A DNA stretch of 64,000 nt from Somniosus microcephalus. Its lineage: Eukaryota. The number at the start of each line of letters is the position of its first letter. Position 1 is the first letter of the stretch. The position numbers and the translations under genes were made by a program. Location of the stretch: positions 60,636,001 to 60,700,000 of the forward strand of contig CM126209.1 in assembly GCA_052327205.1 (NCBI GenBank), given 5' to 3'. Below, piece by piece: positions 1 to 12,614 of the stretch. The notes beneath the pieces were generated by a model. The model had not been told where the DNA came from and did not search any database. It saw only the letters and a list, made by a program, of their open reading frames with translations.

Positions 1-675
1 CCTGCATACTCTAGCTATATGTCCAAGCTTACCACATGTTCTGCATTCTTGGTTTTTAAACCAACACTGGTTCTGATCATGCGTTGTCTTTCCACAACGA
101 TAACATTTAACAGAACTCACACCCAATTTGTGTGCACTGAGCTCCGGAGACCGTAGCTGCATTACTGCCGTGCCTCTCGCTGCGGCTTCGTGTGCTGCTG
201 CCATAGTGACCGCCTTCTCAAGCGTCAGCTCATTCTCCTCGAGCAGTCGCTTTTGTGTATCCTGTTTAAATAAACCACACACAAATTTGTCTCGTAGTGC
301 ATCTGTCAGTCCCGTTCCAAACTGGCAATATTTCGCTAATTTACGCAATTCCAGCAAATATTCAGCATTGCTTTCATGCTGTAGCCGCCTTCTGTCGTAA
401 AATTTAAATCGTTCCGCTAGCATCAGCGGCGTGGGGTTTAGATGATCTTTCAGGACAGTAACAATCTCATCGAACGTCTTATCCGCCGGTTCATCTGGTG
501 ATAACAGGTGTTTCAATTGCCCGTATGTCTTCGCACCCATTAAATTTAATAATGTTAGAGCTTTATCTTGGTCACGAATTTTATTGGCCTTACAATAATT
601 TTTTACTCTTTCAACATATATGGCCCAATCTTCGAGGTCACTATCAAAGGTGCTAATATTCCCGTGTTTAGGCAT
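1..675 (-). CDS. Gag N-terminal part with two CCHC zinc knuckles; open to the window edge
   Basis: Manual translation MPKHGNISTFDSDLEDWAIYVE...LKDHLNPTPLMLAERFKFY...CYRCGKTTHDQNQC...CRTCGKLGHIARVCR, no stop; homologous to the gags starting at 11989, 21834 and 29982. Confidence 0.9.
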   Translation of the reverse strand, partial: MPKHGNISTFDSDLEDWAIYVERVKNYCKANKIRDQDKALTLLNLMGAKTYGQLKHLLSPDEPADKTFDEIVTVLKDHLNPTPLMLAERFKFYDRRRLQHESNAEYLLELRKLAKYCQFGTGLTDALRDKFVCGLFKQDTQKRLLEENELTLEKAVTMAAAHEAAARGTAVMQLRSPELSAHKLGVSSVKCYRCGKTTHDQNQCWFKNQECRTCGKLGHIARVCR

Positions 676-1433
676 TGTAGATTTGCAATTTTTCAGATTT
701 TCTTTTCTTTACTTGTTATCAAAGATGGCGGCTTCCCGCTCTTGCCGTCATCCTCCGCCCACAAAATGGCGGTTTTCCCACGCTTGGCGGTCTTCACCCG
801 TCCCCCGACGCCATCTCCCTTCAGCCCCCGAGTGCGGCCCTTATCTTCGCCGCGATCGCCCGAGTGCGGCCCTTATCAGCGGATGCGATCGATGGCCCGG
901 CTGCGCCTCGCACTTGAAAGCGGCCCGGCCCTTATCAGTGCTTGCGATCGATGGCCCGGCTGCGCCTCGCACTCCAAAGCCCTTATCTCCCGATCGCTAT
1001 CGCCCTGTACCTCTCTCTTCCCCAGTCCTGTCTTCTACTCCGGTTCACAAGCTGATGGAGGCTTCAGGGTCCTAATGCCTGTCGCATCCAGTGGGGTGGT
1101 GAGTGGTGAGGTTTGAAACCTCTCTTCAACCGCCGTGGAATAACTGCCGCAGGGTAAGAACCTGACTCGTCGCCAGTGTTAAGTATGTGTATTGTATTGA
1201 ACAATTAACACAAAGACTTAAACGTATAACTCAAACAGGTCTTTACTGGTTGGAGGTAGGGACTGCACGTAGGTCTTTACTTCATGCCCACAGGCGGGAA
1301 CTGAGGGGAGATCAGTACCCACAGTACTATTTATACCCCTATGGCCAGGAGTGGTACTGCGTATCACTGCGCCCTACAAGTAGTGCAGTCCTGTCCATAG
1401 GTTCAAAGTAGCACACATATTACATACACAACA
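1..1433 (-). mobile_element. Gypsy/Ty3 (Mag-like) LTR retrotransposon, 5' part only; runs off the left edge
   Basis: LTR 1177-1433 (TGTT...AACA); PBS TGGCGACGAG at 1175-1166, complementary to the tRNA-Ser(GCT) 3' end; GC-rich repetitive leader; gag. CR1 ORF1-end sequence resumes at 1434. Confidence 0.9.
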
Positions 1434-2710
1434 GTTGGGAAGGATTTAAACTAGTTTGTCAGGGGGCTGGGAACCTAAGTGTGGGCCCAGAACAGAGAGA
1501 AACAAAGCTTAGAAAAGTAGGCAGGAAAACTAGTAGGGAGCAGAAACAAATTCCAACTGTAAAGAGGGTCAAAGTGCAGAAAAATATTAAACAGGCAAAG
1601 TTGAAGGCACTTTATCTAAATGCATGTAGTATTCGCAACAAGGCGGATGAATTAATGGTACTAATAGAAGTAAATGGGTATGATGGAATTGCCATTACAG
1701 AGACATGGTTGCAGGGTAACCAAAGCTGGGAACTGAATGTTCCAGGGTACTCAACATTTAGGAAGCACAGACAAAAAGGAAAAGGAGGTGGCATAGCGCT
1801 GTTAATAAGGGATAAGATCGGTACGGTAAAGATAAAAGATCTTGGCTCGGCAGATCGTGATGTAGAATTGGAATCAGTTTGGGTGGAGCTAAGAAACAGC
1901 AAAGGGCAGAAAACATTGGTGGGAGTTGTGTATAGGCCACCAAACAGTAATGGTAATGTAGGGCACAGTATCAATCAAGAAATTAGAAGTGCATGTAACA
2001 AGGGCAATACGGTAATTACGGGGGACTTTAAATCTACATATTAACTGGGCAAATCAAATTACCACTAATGGTGTGGAGGACGAATTCTTGGAATATATGC
2101 GAGATGGTTTCCTGGATCAGTACGAGAAGGAACCAACCAGGGAACAGGCTATTCTGGATCTGGTACTGTGTAATGAGAAAGGGCTAATCAATAATCTTGT
2201 GGCAAAGGGGCCTTTAGGGACAAGTGGCCATAATATGATTGAATTTTACATTAAGTTTGAGAGTGATGTAGTCCAATCTGAAACTAAGGTCTTCAATCTA
2301 AACAGAGGAAACTACAAGGGCATGAGGGACAAGTTGGCCATGGTGGATTGGGAGACTACACTAAAAGGTATGAAGGTGAACATACAATGGCTCACATTCA
2401 ATGAAATAATGCATAATTTGCAACAAACATATATTCCGCCAGGGCATAAAAACCCAAAAGGAAAAGTGATCCAACCATGGCTAACAAAAGAAATTAAAGC
2501 TAGTATTAAGTCAAAGGAGGAAGCTTATAAAGTTGCCAGAAAAAGCAGTCAGCCTGAGGATTGCGATCTTTTTAGAAATCAGCAAACGGGGAACCAAGAA
2601 ATTGATAAAGAAAGGGAAAATGGAATATGAGCACAAACCAGCAAAAAATATAAAAACTGATTGTAAAAGCTTCTACAGGTATGTGAAAAGGAAAAGATTG
2701 GCGAAGGTAA

Positions 2711-5700
2711 TAGGGATAAAAGCAAAAGATAGGAAGGAGAAAAACAAAAGTGGCAGTCAGAGAAATCAACGGTTTAAATCAAACGTGGCCACAGTAAATA
2801 ATAATTCTAATAGGTCTAAGTGCGTTAAAAAAACAAGCCTGAAGGCTGTGTGTCTTAATGCGAGGAGCATTTGTAATAAGGTGGACGAATTGGCTGCGCA
2901 ATAGAGGTAAACGAATATGATTTGGTTGGGATTACGGAAACGTGGCTCAAGGATGGCCAAGACTGGGAACTCAACATCCAGGGGTATTCGATATTCAGGA
3001 AAGATAGGCAAAAAGGAAAGGGAGGTGGGGTAGCATTACTGGTTAAAGAAGGGATTAATACAATTGTAATGAAGGATATTAGCTCTGATGATGTGGAATC
3101 TGTATGGGTAGAATTGAGAAATACTAAGGGGAAAAAAATATTAGTGGGAGTGGTATATAGACCTCCCAACAGTAAGGCGGAGGTTGGGGATGGCATTAAA
3201 AGGGAAATGAAAGAAGCGTGCAATAAGGGCACAGCAGTCATCATGGGTGATTTTAATCTACATATAGATTGGGCCAACCAAATTAGTAACAACACTGTGG
3301 AGGAGGAATTCCTGGAGTGTTTACGGGATGGTTTCCTGGACCAATATGTCGAGGAACCAACCAGAGATCAGGCCATCTTAGACTGGGTATTATGTAACGA
3401 GAAAGGATTAATTAGCAATCTTGTTGTACGAGGCCCCTTGGGTCTGAGCGATCATAATATGATCGAATTCTTCATTAAGATGGAGAATGAAGTAGTTGAC
3501 TCAGAGACTAGGGTCCTCAATTTAAATAAAGGAAACTACGATGGTCTGAGGAGCGAGTTGGGTAGGATTGATTGGGGAATGGCGCTCAAAGGGTTGACGG
3601 TGGATAGGCAATGGCAAACATTCAAAGACCGAATGGATGAGCTACAGAATTTGTTCATCCCAGTTTGGCATAAAAATAAAACAAAAAAGGTGACTCAACC
3701 GTGGCTAACAAGGGAAATTAGGGATAGCATAAGATCCAAGGAGACGACATATAAATTGGCCAGAAAAAGCAATAATCCTGAGGATTGGGAGCAGTTTAGG
3801 ATTCAACAAAGGAGGACAAAGGGATTAATTAAGAAAGGGAAAATAGAATATGAGAGAAAGCTTGCAGGGAACATAAAAACTGACTGTAAAAGCTTTTATA
3901 GATATGTGAAGAGAAAAAGATTGGTGAAGTCAAGCGTAGGTCCCTTACAGTCAGAATCAGGGGAATTTATAATGGGAAACAAAGAAATGGCAGACCAACT
4001 AAATTCATACTTTGGTTCTGTCTTCACAAAGGAGGACACAAATAACCTCCCAGAGATGCCGGGGAACATAGGGCCTGATGAAAGGGTGGAACTGAAAGAA
4101 ATCAGTATTTGTAGGGAAATGGTGTTAGGAAAATTGATGGGACTAAAGGCCGATAAATCCCCAGGGCCTGATAATCTAAATCCCAGGGTACTTAAGGAAG
4201 TGGCCCTGGAAATAATAGATGCATTGCTGGTCATCTTCCAGAACTCGATAGACTCTAGAACAGTACCCATGGATTGGAGGGTAGCTAATGTTACCCCACT
4301 ATTCAAAAAAGGTGGTCGAGAAAAAGCGGGGAATTATCGACCGGTAAGCCTGACATCGGTAGTGGGGAAAATGCTAGAATCTATTATAAAAGGTGTAATA
4401 GCAGAGCACTTGGTAAGCAGTGACAGGATCGGACAAAGTCAACATGGATTTACAAAAGGTAAATCATGCTTGACTAAACTACTGGAATTTTTTGAGGATG
4501 TAACTGGTAAAATAGATAAGGGAGAGCCAGTGGATGTGGTGTATTTGGACTTTCAGAAGGCTTTCGATAAGGTCCCACATAAGAGATTAGCGTGGAAAAT
4601 TAAGGCACATGGGATTGAGGGCAAGGTATTGACTTGAATAGAGAACTGGTTGGCGGACAGAAAGCAAAGAGTTGGAATAAACGGGTCATTTTCCGAGTGG
4701 CAGGCAGTGACTAGTGGGGTACCGCAAGGATCGGTCCTAGGACCCCAGCTGTTCACAATATATATTAATGATCTGGACGAGGGAATTGGATGTAATATCT
4801 CCAAATTTGCAGACGACACAAAGCTGGGTGGGAGGGTAAACTGTGAGGAGGATGTCGTGAAACTCCAGTACGATTTGGACAGGTTGGGTGACTGGGCAGA
4901 AACATGGCAAATGCACTATAATGTGGATAAATGTGAGGTTATCCACTTTGGTGGCAAAAACAGGAAGGCAGATTATTATTTGAATGGCAATAGATTGGGA
5001 GAAGGGGAAGTGCAAAGAGACCTGGGTGTTCTTGTGCACCAGTCGCTGAAGGTAAGCATGCAGGTGCAGCAGGTGGTTAAGAAGGCAAATGGTATGTTGA
5101 CCTTCGTAGCAAGAGGGTTCGAGTACAGGAACAAGGATGTCTTGCTACAGTTGTACAGGGCCTTGGTGAGACCGCACCTTGAGTAGTGTGTGCAGTTTTG
5201 GTCGCCTTACCTGAGGAAGGACGTTCTTGCCATGGAAGGAGTGCAGCGAAGATTCACCAGGCTGATACCTGGGATGGCAGGAATGACGTATGAGGAGAGA
5301 TTGTGTCGATTGGGCTTATACTCACTGGAGTTTAGAAGATTGAGAGGGGATCTCATCGAAACCTATAAAATTCTGTCAGGCCTGGACAGACTAGATGCAA
5401 GAAGGATGTTTATGATGGCCGGGGAGTCCAGAACCAGGGGTGATTGTCTAAGGATAAGGGGTAAGCCATTTAGGACTGAAATGAGGAGGAATTTCTTCAC
5501 CCAGAGAGTGGTGAACCTGTGGAATTCTCTGCCACAGAGGGCGGTGGAGGCCAGTTCATTAAATATATTCAAAAAAGAGTTGGATATATTTCTTAAGGCT
5601 AAAGGGATCAAGGGATATGGGGAGAAGGCAGGGACAGAGTACTGAATTTGGATGATCAGCCATGATCTCATTGAATGGCAGAGCAGGCTCAAAGGGCCGA

Positions 5701-5743
5701 ATGGCCTACTCCTGCTCCTATTTTCTATGTTTCTATGTTCTAT
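2711..5743 (+). mobile_element. CR1 LINE copy B, 5'-truncated, near-complete ORF2 with in-frame stops; nested in copy A
   Basis: EN-RT ORF pieces 2922-4637, 4650-5186, 5190-5645; (TTTCTATG)n tail; GTAA present at both junctions (2707-2710, 5744-5747). Confidence 0.93.
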
Positions 5744-5827
5744 GTAAATGTAGGTCCTTTACAGTCAGAGACGGGAGAATTTATAATGGGGAATGAGGAA
5801 ATGGCAGGGAAAGTAAATAAATACTTT

Positions 5828-6580
5828 GGGGTTGATTTTCCTGGAGCCGTCAGGCGGGGTTTCAGGTGTGTGGGGGGGGGGGGGGGGGGGAAATCCTGAA
5901 TTCGGGGGTCCCGACACCATCCCGCCCAAAACCCCGCAAGTTTCAGAGGCGGCGGGTACGCGCCCCGCACTGGGACCCGCCGACCCCAGGCAGGAAGGGA
6001 TTAGTGCCAATTAACTGCCTGTTAACAGGTAGTTTTTAGCCTAATCCCTATTTTGAGGGGTGTCGTGTGGGATTCCCGACGGCTCCAAACCACGCCAGGT
6101 TAGAGCAGGCGGGCCGTCAGGTTGAAGGAGTTGGAGGGGTCGTGATGTCAGTATTCAGGTGAGTGATGGGTGCATGAGTGCAAAGGTAAGTGTGTTTGGT
6201 GTGTTTAAAGTGTGTAAAGAACTTTTACTTACCTCTACTTACCATAACAGCCTTTCTTCCTGCAGGCGTCGGGAGCCCATCTGTCAGCCGGCACTTAAAG
6301 CTGAATGGCTGCGATCGGTGAAAAGTGACAGCCTTCAGCTTTGAGTGCTGCTGAGAGTTCTAACTGAGTCTGTGCAGAACTCTTGACAGATGAAATTGCA
6401 GTCTGTGACGTCACCTGTTGCCAGGTGGCCCTTAATTGGCCTGCTGAGCCCACTGGGCGGGTTTAACAAGGTCAATCAAGGGAAAATCGCGTGGATTGAC
6501 CGGACGTCGATGTAGGCGGGTCTAAAACCCGAAAGTTGTAGTCCCGCCTTCTTCCCGACAGCTTCGGGAAAATCGACCCC
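5828..6580. mobile_element. Non-autonomous TIR element (MITE, PIF/Harbinger-like)
   Basis: Imperfect 27-bp TIR beginning GGGGTYGATTTTCC (about 5 mismatches); TTT duplicated at 5825-5827 and 6581-6583; removal restores the CR1 frame KYFVSVF. Confidence 0.85.
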
Positions 6581-7737
6581 TTTGTTTCTGTCTTCACGGA
6601 GGAAGACACAAAAAACCGCCCAGAAATACGAGAAAATCAAGGGTGTGATGAGAATGAGGAACTTAAAGAAATTATTAGTAAAAAAACAGTACTAGCATAA
6701 TTAATACGATTAAAAGTCGATAAATCCCAAGGACCGGATGACCTACATCCTAGGATTTTGAAAGAGGTGGCCATTGGAATAGTGGGCGCATTGGTTGTCA
6801 TCTTCCAAAATTCTACAGATTCTGGGATAGCAAATGTAACCCCCCTATTTAAGGAAGGAGAGAGAAAACGGGGAACTACAGACCTGTTAGCCTCACATCA
6901 GTAGTTGGGAAAATACTGGAATCTATTATAAAGGATGCAATAACTAGGCACTTAGAAACGAATAGTAAGATTGGGCAGAGTCAACATGGACTTATGAAAG
7001 GGAAATCCTGTTTGACAAACCTATTGGAGTTCTTTGAGGATGTAACTAGTGAAGTAGACAAAGGGGAACGGGTAGATGTGGTGTATCTGGATTTTCAGAA
7101 GGCCTTCGATAAAGTCCCACACAAGAGGTTGGTGAACAAAATTAGGGCACATGGAATTGGGGGTAATATACTAGCATGGATTGAGAATTGGTTAACAGAC
7201 AGAAAAGAGAGTAGGGATAAATGGGTCTTTTTCAGGATGGCAGGCTGACTAGTGGGGTACCACAAGGATCAGTGCTTGGGCCCCAGCTATTCACAATCTA
7301 TATCAATGATTTGGATGAGGGGACTAAATGTAACATTTCCAAATTTGCTGATGATACAAAGCTAGGTGGCAGCGTCAGTTGTGAAGAGGCTTCAAGGGGA
7401 TCTCGCCAGGCTCAGTGAGTGGGCGAGAACATGGCAGATGTAATATAATGTGGATAAATGTGAAGTTATCCACTTTGGTAGAAAAAACAGAAAGGCAGTG
7501 TATTTTCTAAATGGTGAAAGATTGGGGAATGCAGATGCTCAAAGGGACCTTGGTGTCCTTGTACACGAGTCACTGAAAGTGAATGTGCAGGTGCAGCAAG
7601 CCATTAGGAAGGCAAATAGTATGCTGGCCTTCATTACAAGAGGATTTGAGTACAGGAGTAAAGAAGTCTTACTCCAATTATATAGGGCCTTGGTGAGACC
7701 ACACCTGGAGTACTGTGTACAATTTTGGTCTCCTTAC

Positions 7738-10700
7738 TGTTGTATCCTTGTGTTAATGGAGACACGGAATGCAGGAGTTGGTTTAACAGGTGTTTACTGA
7801 ACAAAGTCTGGAGGTGAACTAAAAGATACAAGACGCTATACAGGCTTATATACCAGAGTGGTCACTACCAGTACACAGGGGCTCTTAAAAAAGGTACATA
7901 CACTACAATTCCTCCCCTTTTAGATAATTAGTACATAACATTTTAAGTAATCATTAATTAACATGTTTACAAGAACAATAATCTACACATTTGCTGCAGT
8001 TAATCAATTATAAGTCAGTCTCTCTGGAGGCTTCCTGACTCGGTCCAGATAACGCCTCGGTGGTGTAGTAGTTTTCGGTGGTGTAGTAGGTTCTTTTGGC
8101 AAGGTCGATTCAGCTTGAATGCCAGTGTCGGGTTCATCTGGTTCCAGTATCACCGGATCGGAGGTAGATACTATGGGTATCTCTGCTTCATCATTAGGCG
8201 TATAGAGTTGTGGTGTAGGTTGTCCCTTTTCGGATGACTCTATGATCTGGTCAGCATGGCGCCTTATTATACTTTCACCAATGTCCACGGTATACATCAG
8301 CGGTCCTAGTCGTGTGCAAATAGTTCCAGGCTGCCATTTCTCGGTACGGTAGTCCCGGGCCAAAACTTGTTGACCTATCTGGAAGGTTCTAGTTGGCCTT
8401 TCATTCATGCCTTGAAATTGCCAGTTCTCTACGCCCCTTCTGATGTTTGGCTTGATCAAACCCAGCCGGCATTAGTCTTCTATTGAAAAACATCATGGTG
8501 GGAGTTTGGTTTGTAACCACGTGTTGCATTCCTGTATGCAAACAAGAAGTTATCTACCTTATGTTGTAGATTTATGTCTTCATTACCCATGGCCTTTATG
8601 GCCTTCTTGAAGGTCTGGACAAATCTTTCAGCTAATCCATTGGTGGCGGGATGGTATGGGGCGGACGGGTAGTGCTTAACTCCATTGTTCTTTAAGAACT
8701 TCCTGAATTCTTCGGACACAAATTGCGGTCCATTATCAGAACAGATCTGTTCAGGCAGCCCATTCCTGGCAAATATGGTCCTTAATACTGTGATGGTTTT
8801 TCCCGTGGTGGTGGAGGACATCTTTATTACCTCCGGCCACTTGGAGTGTGCATCAACCGCGATTAAGAACATGGAGTCCATAAATGGACCAGCAAAGTCG
8901 ATGTGTACCCTTTGCCATGGAGATGAGGGCCACTCCCATGGATGTAGAGGGGCTTGTGGTGGGGCGTTTTGGACCTTCTGGCATCCTAGACAGCTCTTGG
9001 TCATTTCTTCGATGTCTCCATCGATACCTGGCCACCACACAAACGCTCTGGCTAGGTTCATCATTTTCACTCCACCCAGATGCCCCTCGTGAAGCTCCTT
9101 TAGCACTTTATCCTGGAGTTTGGGTGGAATCACCACTCTGGATCCACACATCAAGGTTCCTCGGCACACTGACAGCTGTTCTCTTCTTTGCGAGAATGCT
9201 GGCAACAGTGGTTCGCCATGTGCTGGCCATCCCTTCACCGTTAAATTGTAGACTCGAGAGAGAGTCGGGTCATTTCTCGTTTCCTTTTCAATGGTAGAAT
9301 TTGTTACTGGTAGACATTCTACTATGGTTGAGTGGAACATCTCCACTGGGTCCACTGTAGGTGCCTCTTCTACCGTTGGCAACGGTAGGCGCGATAAACA
9401 GTCAGCATTCCTATGCTGTTTTGATCCTTTGTATTCTATGTCATATTGGTGTGCCCCTAGGAAAAGGGACCACCTCTGTAGCCTTTGCGCTGTCATAATG
9501 GGAACGCCCTTTTTAGGGTTGAATATGGAGACGAGGGGTTGATGGTCAGTCAACAAGGTAAATTTTTGTCCGTGTAGGTAATGGTTGAATTTCTTCACTC
9601 CCCACACCAGGCTGAGTGCTTCCCTGTCGATCTGGGCATAGTTACGCTCAGCTGAGTTCAATGAGCGTGACGCAAAAGCTATCGGCCGCTCCGAGCCATC
9701 AGGGAATCTATGCGATAATACCGCTCCTACGCCGTAAGGGGATGCATCGCACGCCAGTCTGATTGGCAGTGATGGGTTGTAATGAGCCAACACTTCCTTG
9801 GGCGTGATCAAGCCTTTGCATTTATGGAAGGCACGTTTACAGTCTTCGCTCCATTTCCAAATTACTCCCATTTGTAGCAGTGCATTAAGAGGGTGCAGAA
9901 CAGTTGACAAGTTCGGTAAAAATTTATGATAGTAATTTATCAATCCCAGGAATGACCTTAATTGTGAGACATTTTCGGGTGCTGGGGCTTTTATGACCGC
10001 TTCAATTTTTTCAGGTGACTTATGCAACCCTTCTTCGTTAATTATATGGCCACAATATGATATTTGTTTCTAGAAAAATTCGCACTTGGGGCGATTTGCT
10101 CGTAGGCCCCGTTCTCTCAGCCTAGTGAGCACCTGCTCCAAATTGGCAAGGTGCTCGTTGTCGTTTTCTCCTGTTACAAGGATGTCGTCTAGGTAGCATT
10201 GAGTCCCCGGAATCCCTTGCAGGACTTGCTCCATAGCTCTTTGCCAGATAGCTGGAGCTGATGCTACTCCGAAAACTAGTCGATTGTACTGGTACAGGCC
10301 TTTGTGTGTGTTTATCGTGAGATACTTTTTAGAGGCCTCTTCAACCTCCATCTGTAGATATGCCTGTGCCAAGTCAATTTTGGTGAAACGTTTCCCTCCG
10401 GATAGTGAGGCGAAAATATCTTCTATCCTCGGAAGAGGATACTGTATCGTGTGAAGGACCGGGTTTACAGTCACCTTGAAGTCCCCACAGATGCGAATTT
10501 TTCTCTGTTCTTCAGATTTATCATTATTCAACATTTTCTTCATGATCGGGACGATGGGTGTTGCCCACTCGCTCCAATCTACCTTGGATAACACGCCTGC
10601 TTTTTCCAAATTCTCCAGCTCTGCCTCGACTGCTGGACGAATTGCGTATGGCACCGGCCTTGCCTTAAAAAACTTGGGAATTGCCGCATCTTCCACTTTT

Positions 10701-12614
10701 ATTGAGGCGGTGACGCCTTTCAAGGTTCCTAGTTCCTGTTGAAACACTTCTTTTGCGTTAGCCAAGATGTCTTTTAATCGTTCAGGTATGACGTCATCAT
10801 CATTTTTTTTCTTACTGGTCACTGTCAGTGCCTGAATGGAGTGCCAGTCTAAACGTATCTTCCTGATCCATTCACATCCCAACAACGGTGGACCACCATT
10901 TTGCAGAACGTATAAATACAACTTCTGTATTTCCTTGCCGTTGTATACAACAGGCACCTTTATTTTCCCTTTGGGGTATACTTTCTGCCCCGTATATGTC
11001 TTCAAGATAATGGATGTGTCTTTCAAAGGTATATGCGGAAATAGCCGCACGTAATCCTGTCGACTTATGACAGTCAGAGCTGATCCTGTATCTAGCTCCA
11101 TTTTAACTGGGGACCCCGCTATCGTGAGGGTAACCCAAATGGTCTGGTAATCTTCTTTGGCAATTACATTATGTAATTTGAGACAGCTTAGTCTCTTGTT
11201 TCCGGAGTCGCTATCGCTCTTCTGGTCTTCGGAGCTACTGTCCGTCATCATTTGTACCTTTCTGTACTTTCCCTTATTGATTTTTTTTCTTTCAGTGGAT
11301 TTTTTGTTTCCAGATCGGCATACACGTGCAATGTGCCCCATCTTTCCGCATTGCCTGCATGCTTTGTCCTTGAACCAGCAGTCCCTCTGGTCATGGGTGG
11401 ATCTGCCGCAGCGATAACATCTCTCGAAACCCCGTGTAATTTCATGGGTGCCGAAGTCCTGTGGCTTTTGCTGTATCTCTGCAGCTCCTCTTGCTGCTGC
11501 TTCCTATGATACAGCCACACTGAAAGCCTTGTCCAGTGTCAAATCTTTCTCAGAAAGTAGCCTTTTCTGTGTTCCTTCACTTAAGAGACTGCAGACGAAT
11601 TTGTCTCGTAGAGAATCTGCCAGTCCTGCCCCGAATTGGCAGTGCTTTGACAGCTTTCTTAATTCGGTGAGGTAATCAGTGTTACTTTCATTCTTGTGCT
11701 GATTCCTCATGAAGAATTTGAATCGTTCCGCTATCAGCAGCGGTGTTGGGTTTAAGTGCTCCTGTAGGGTATCAACAATCTCCTTAAAATTCTTGTCCAT
11801 CGGTTTGGCTGGAGTGATTAAGTTTCGTAACAGCCCGTATGTCCTTGTGCCCATCAGATTTAGAAGTACCGATGCCTTTTTATCATCCTCTACTTCATTT
11901 GCTGTGCAATATACCTCCACTCTTTCCACATATGTGGTCCAATCCTCTATATCACTATCGAAAGCAGTAATATTGCCAGTCTTAGGCATCCTGAAAATCA
12001 AAAATGGCGCCTCCTGCGCTTTCCTTTCTTCCCTGCCGAGAAAAAAATGGCGCCTCCCACGCTTTCCCGCCGCTGTTTTTATTTACACAGATATTTTTAA
12101 TAGTTGGAGACTCGTTCCCGCCGGACTCTCTGGGACTTTTCCCTCCCTCTGCTTGGTCCGAATGCCGACCTGCTTTGCAGCGCCGGCCGTCTCCCGAGTG
12201 CTCCACCCTCCATCTCTGTTTGCCTCCGCCTTCCGACTCGCTGCTCGGTCCCGCTGCAGAGCCACCCGATCGAGCCCCAGCCCGCCGCCCAGGAAGGATT
12301 AGTGCAGTACCTGCCACCAGCCCGGCTAGCTGGTGAAACCACAGTTTTTTTCTTTTTTTTTTTTCTTCGACCTTCGTCTGAGGAATCGATCTCCTTGAGG
12401 TGCTGCCGAATTGCAGGTAAGTCCGTTTCCAATTCGTCGCCACTGTTGTATCCGTGTGTTAATGGAGACACGGAATGCAGGAGTTGGTTTAACAGGTGTT
12501 TACTGAAGTCTGGAGGTGAACTAAAAGATACAAGACGCTATACAGGCTTATATACCCGAGTGGTCACTACCGGTATTACAGTACACAAGGGCTCTTAAAG
12601 GTACATACACTACA
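7738..12614 (-). mobile_element. Gypsy (Mag-like) LTR retrotransposon A, full length
   Basis: LTRs 7738-7907 and 12444-12614 (~170 bp); TSD CTTAC (7733-7737, 12615-12619); PBS TGGCGACGAA 12442-12433; PPT AAAGGGGAGGAAT next to the 3' LTR. Confidence 0.96.
8004..11989 (-). pseudogene. gag-pol polyprotein (Gag-CCHC, protease, RT, RNase H, integrase), disrupted
   Basis: LDTGS protease, YLDD RT, CDAS RNase H, HIDFAGP/SDNG/AER integrase motifs; broken near 11505, 10070 and 8520. Confidence 0.93.
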
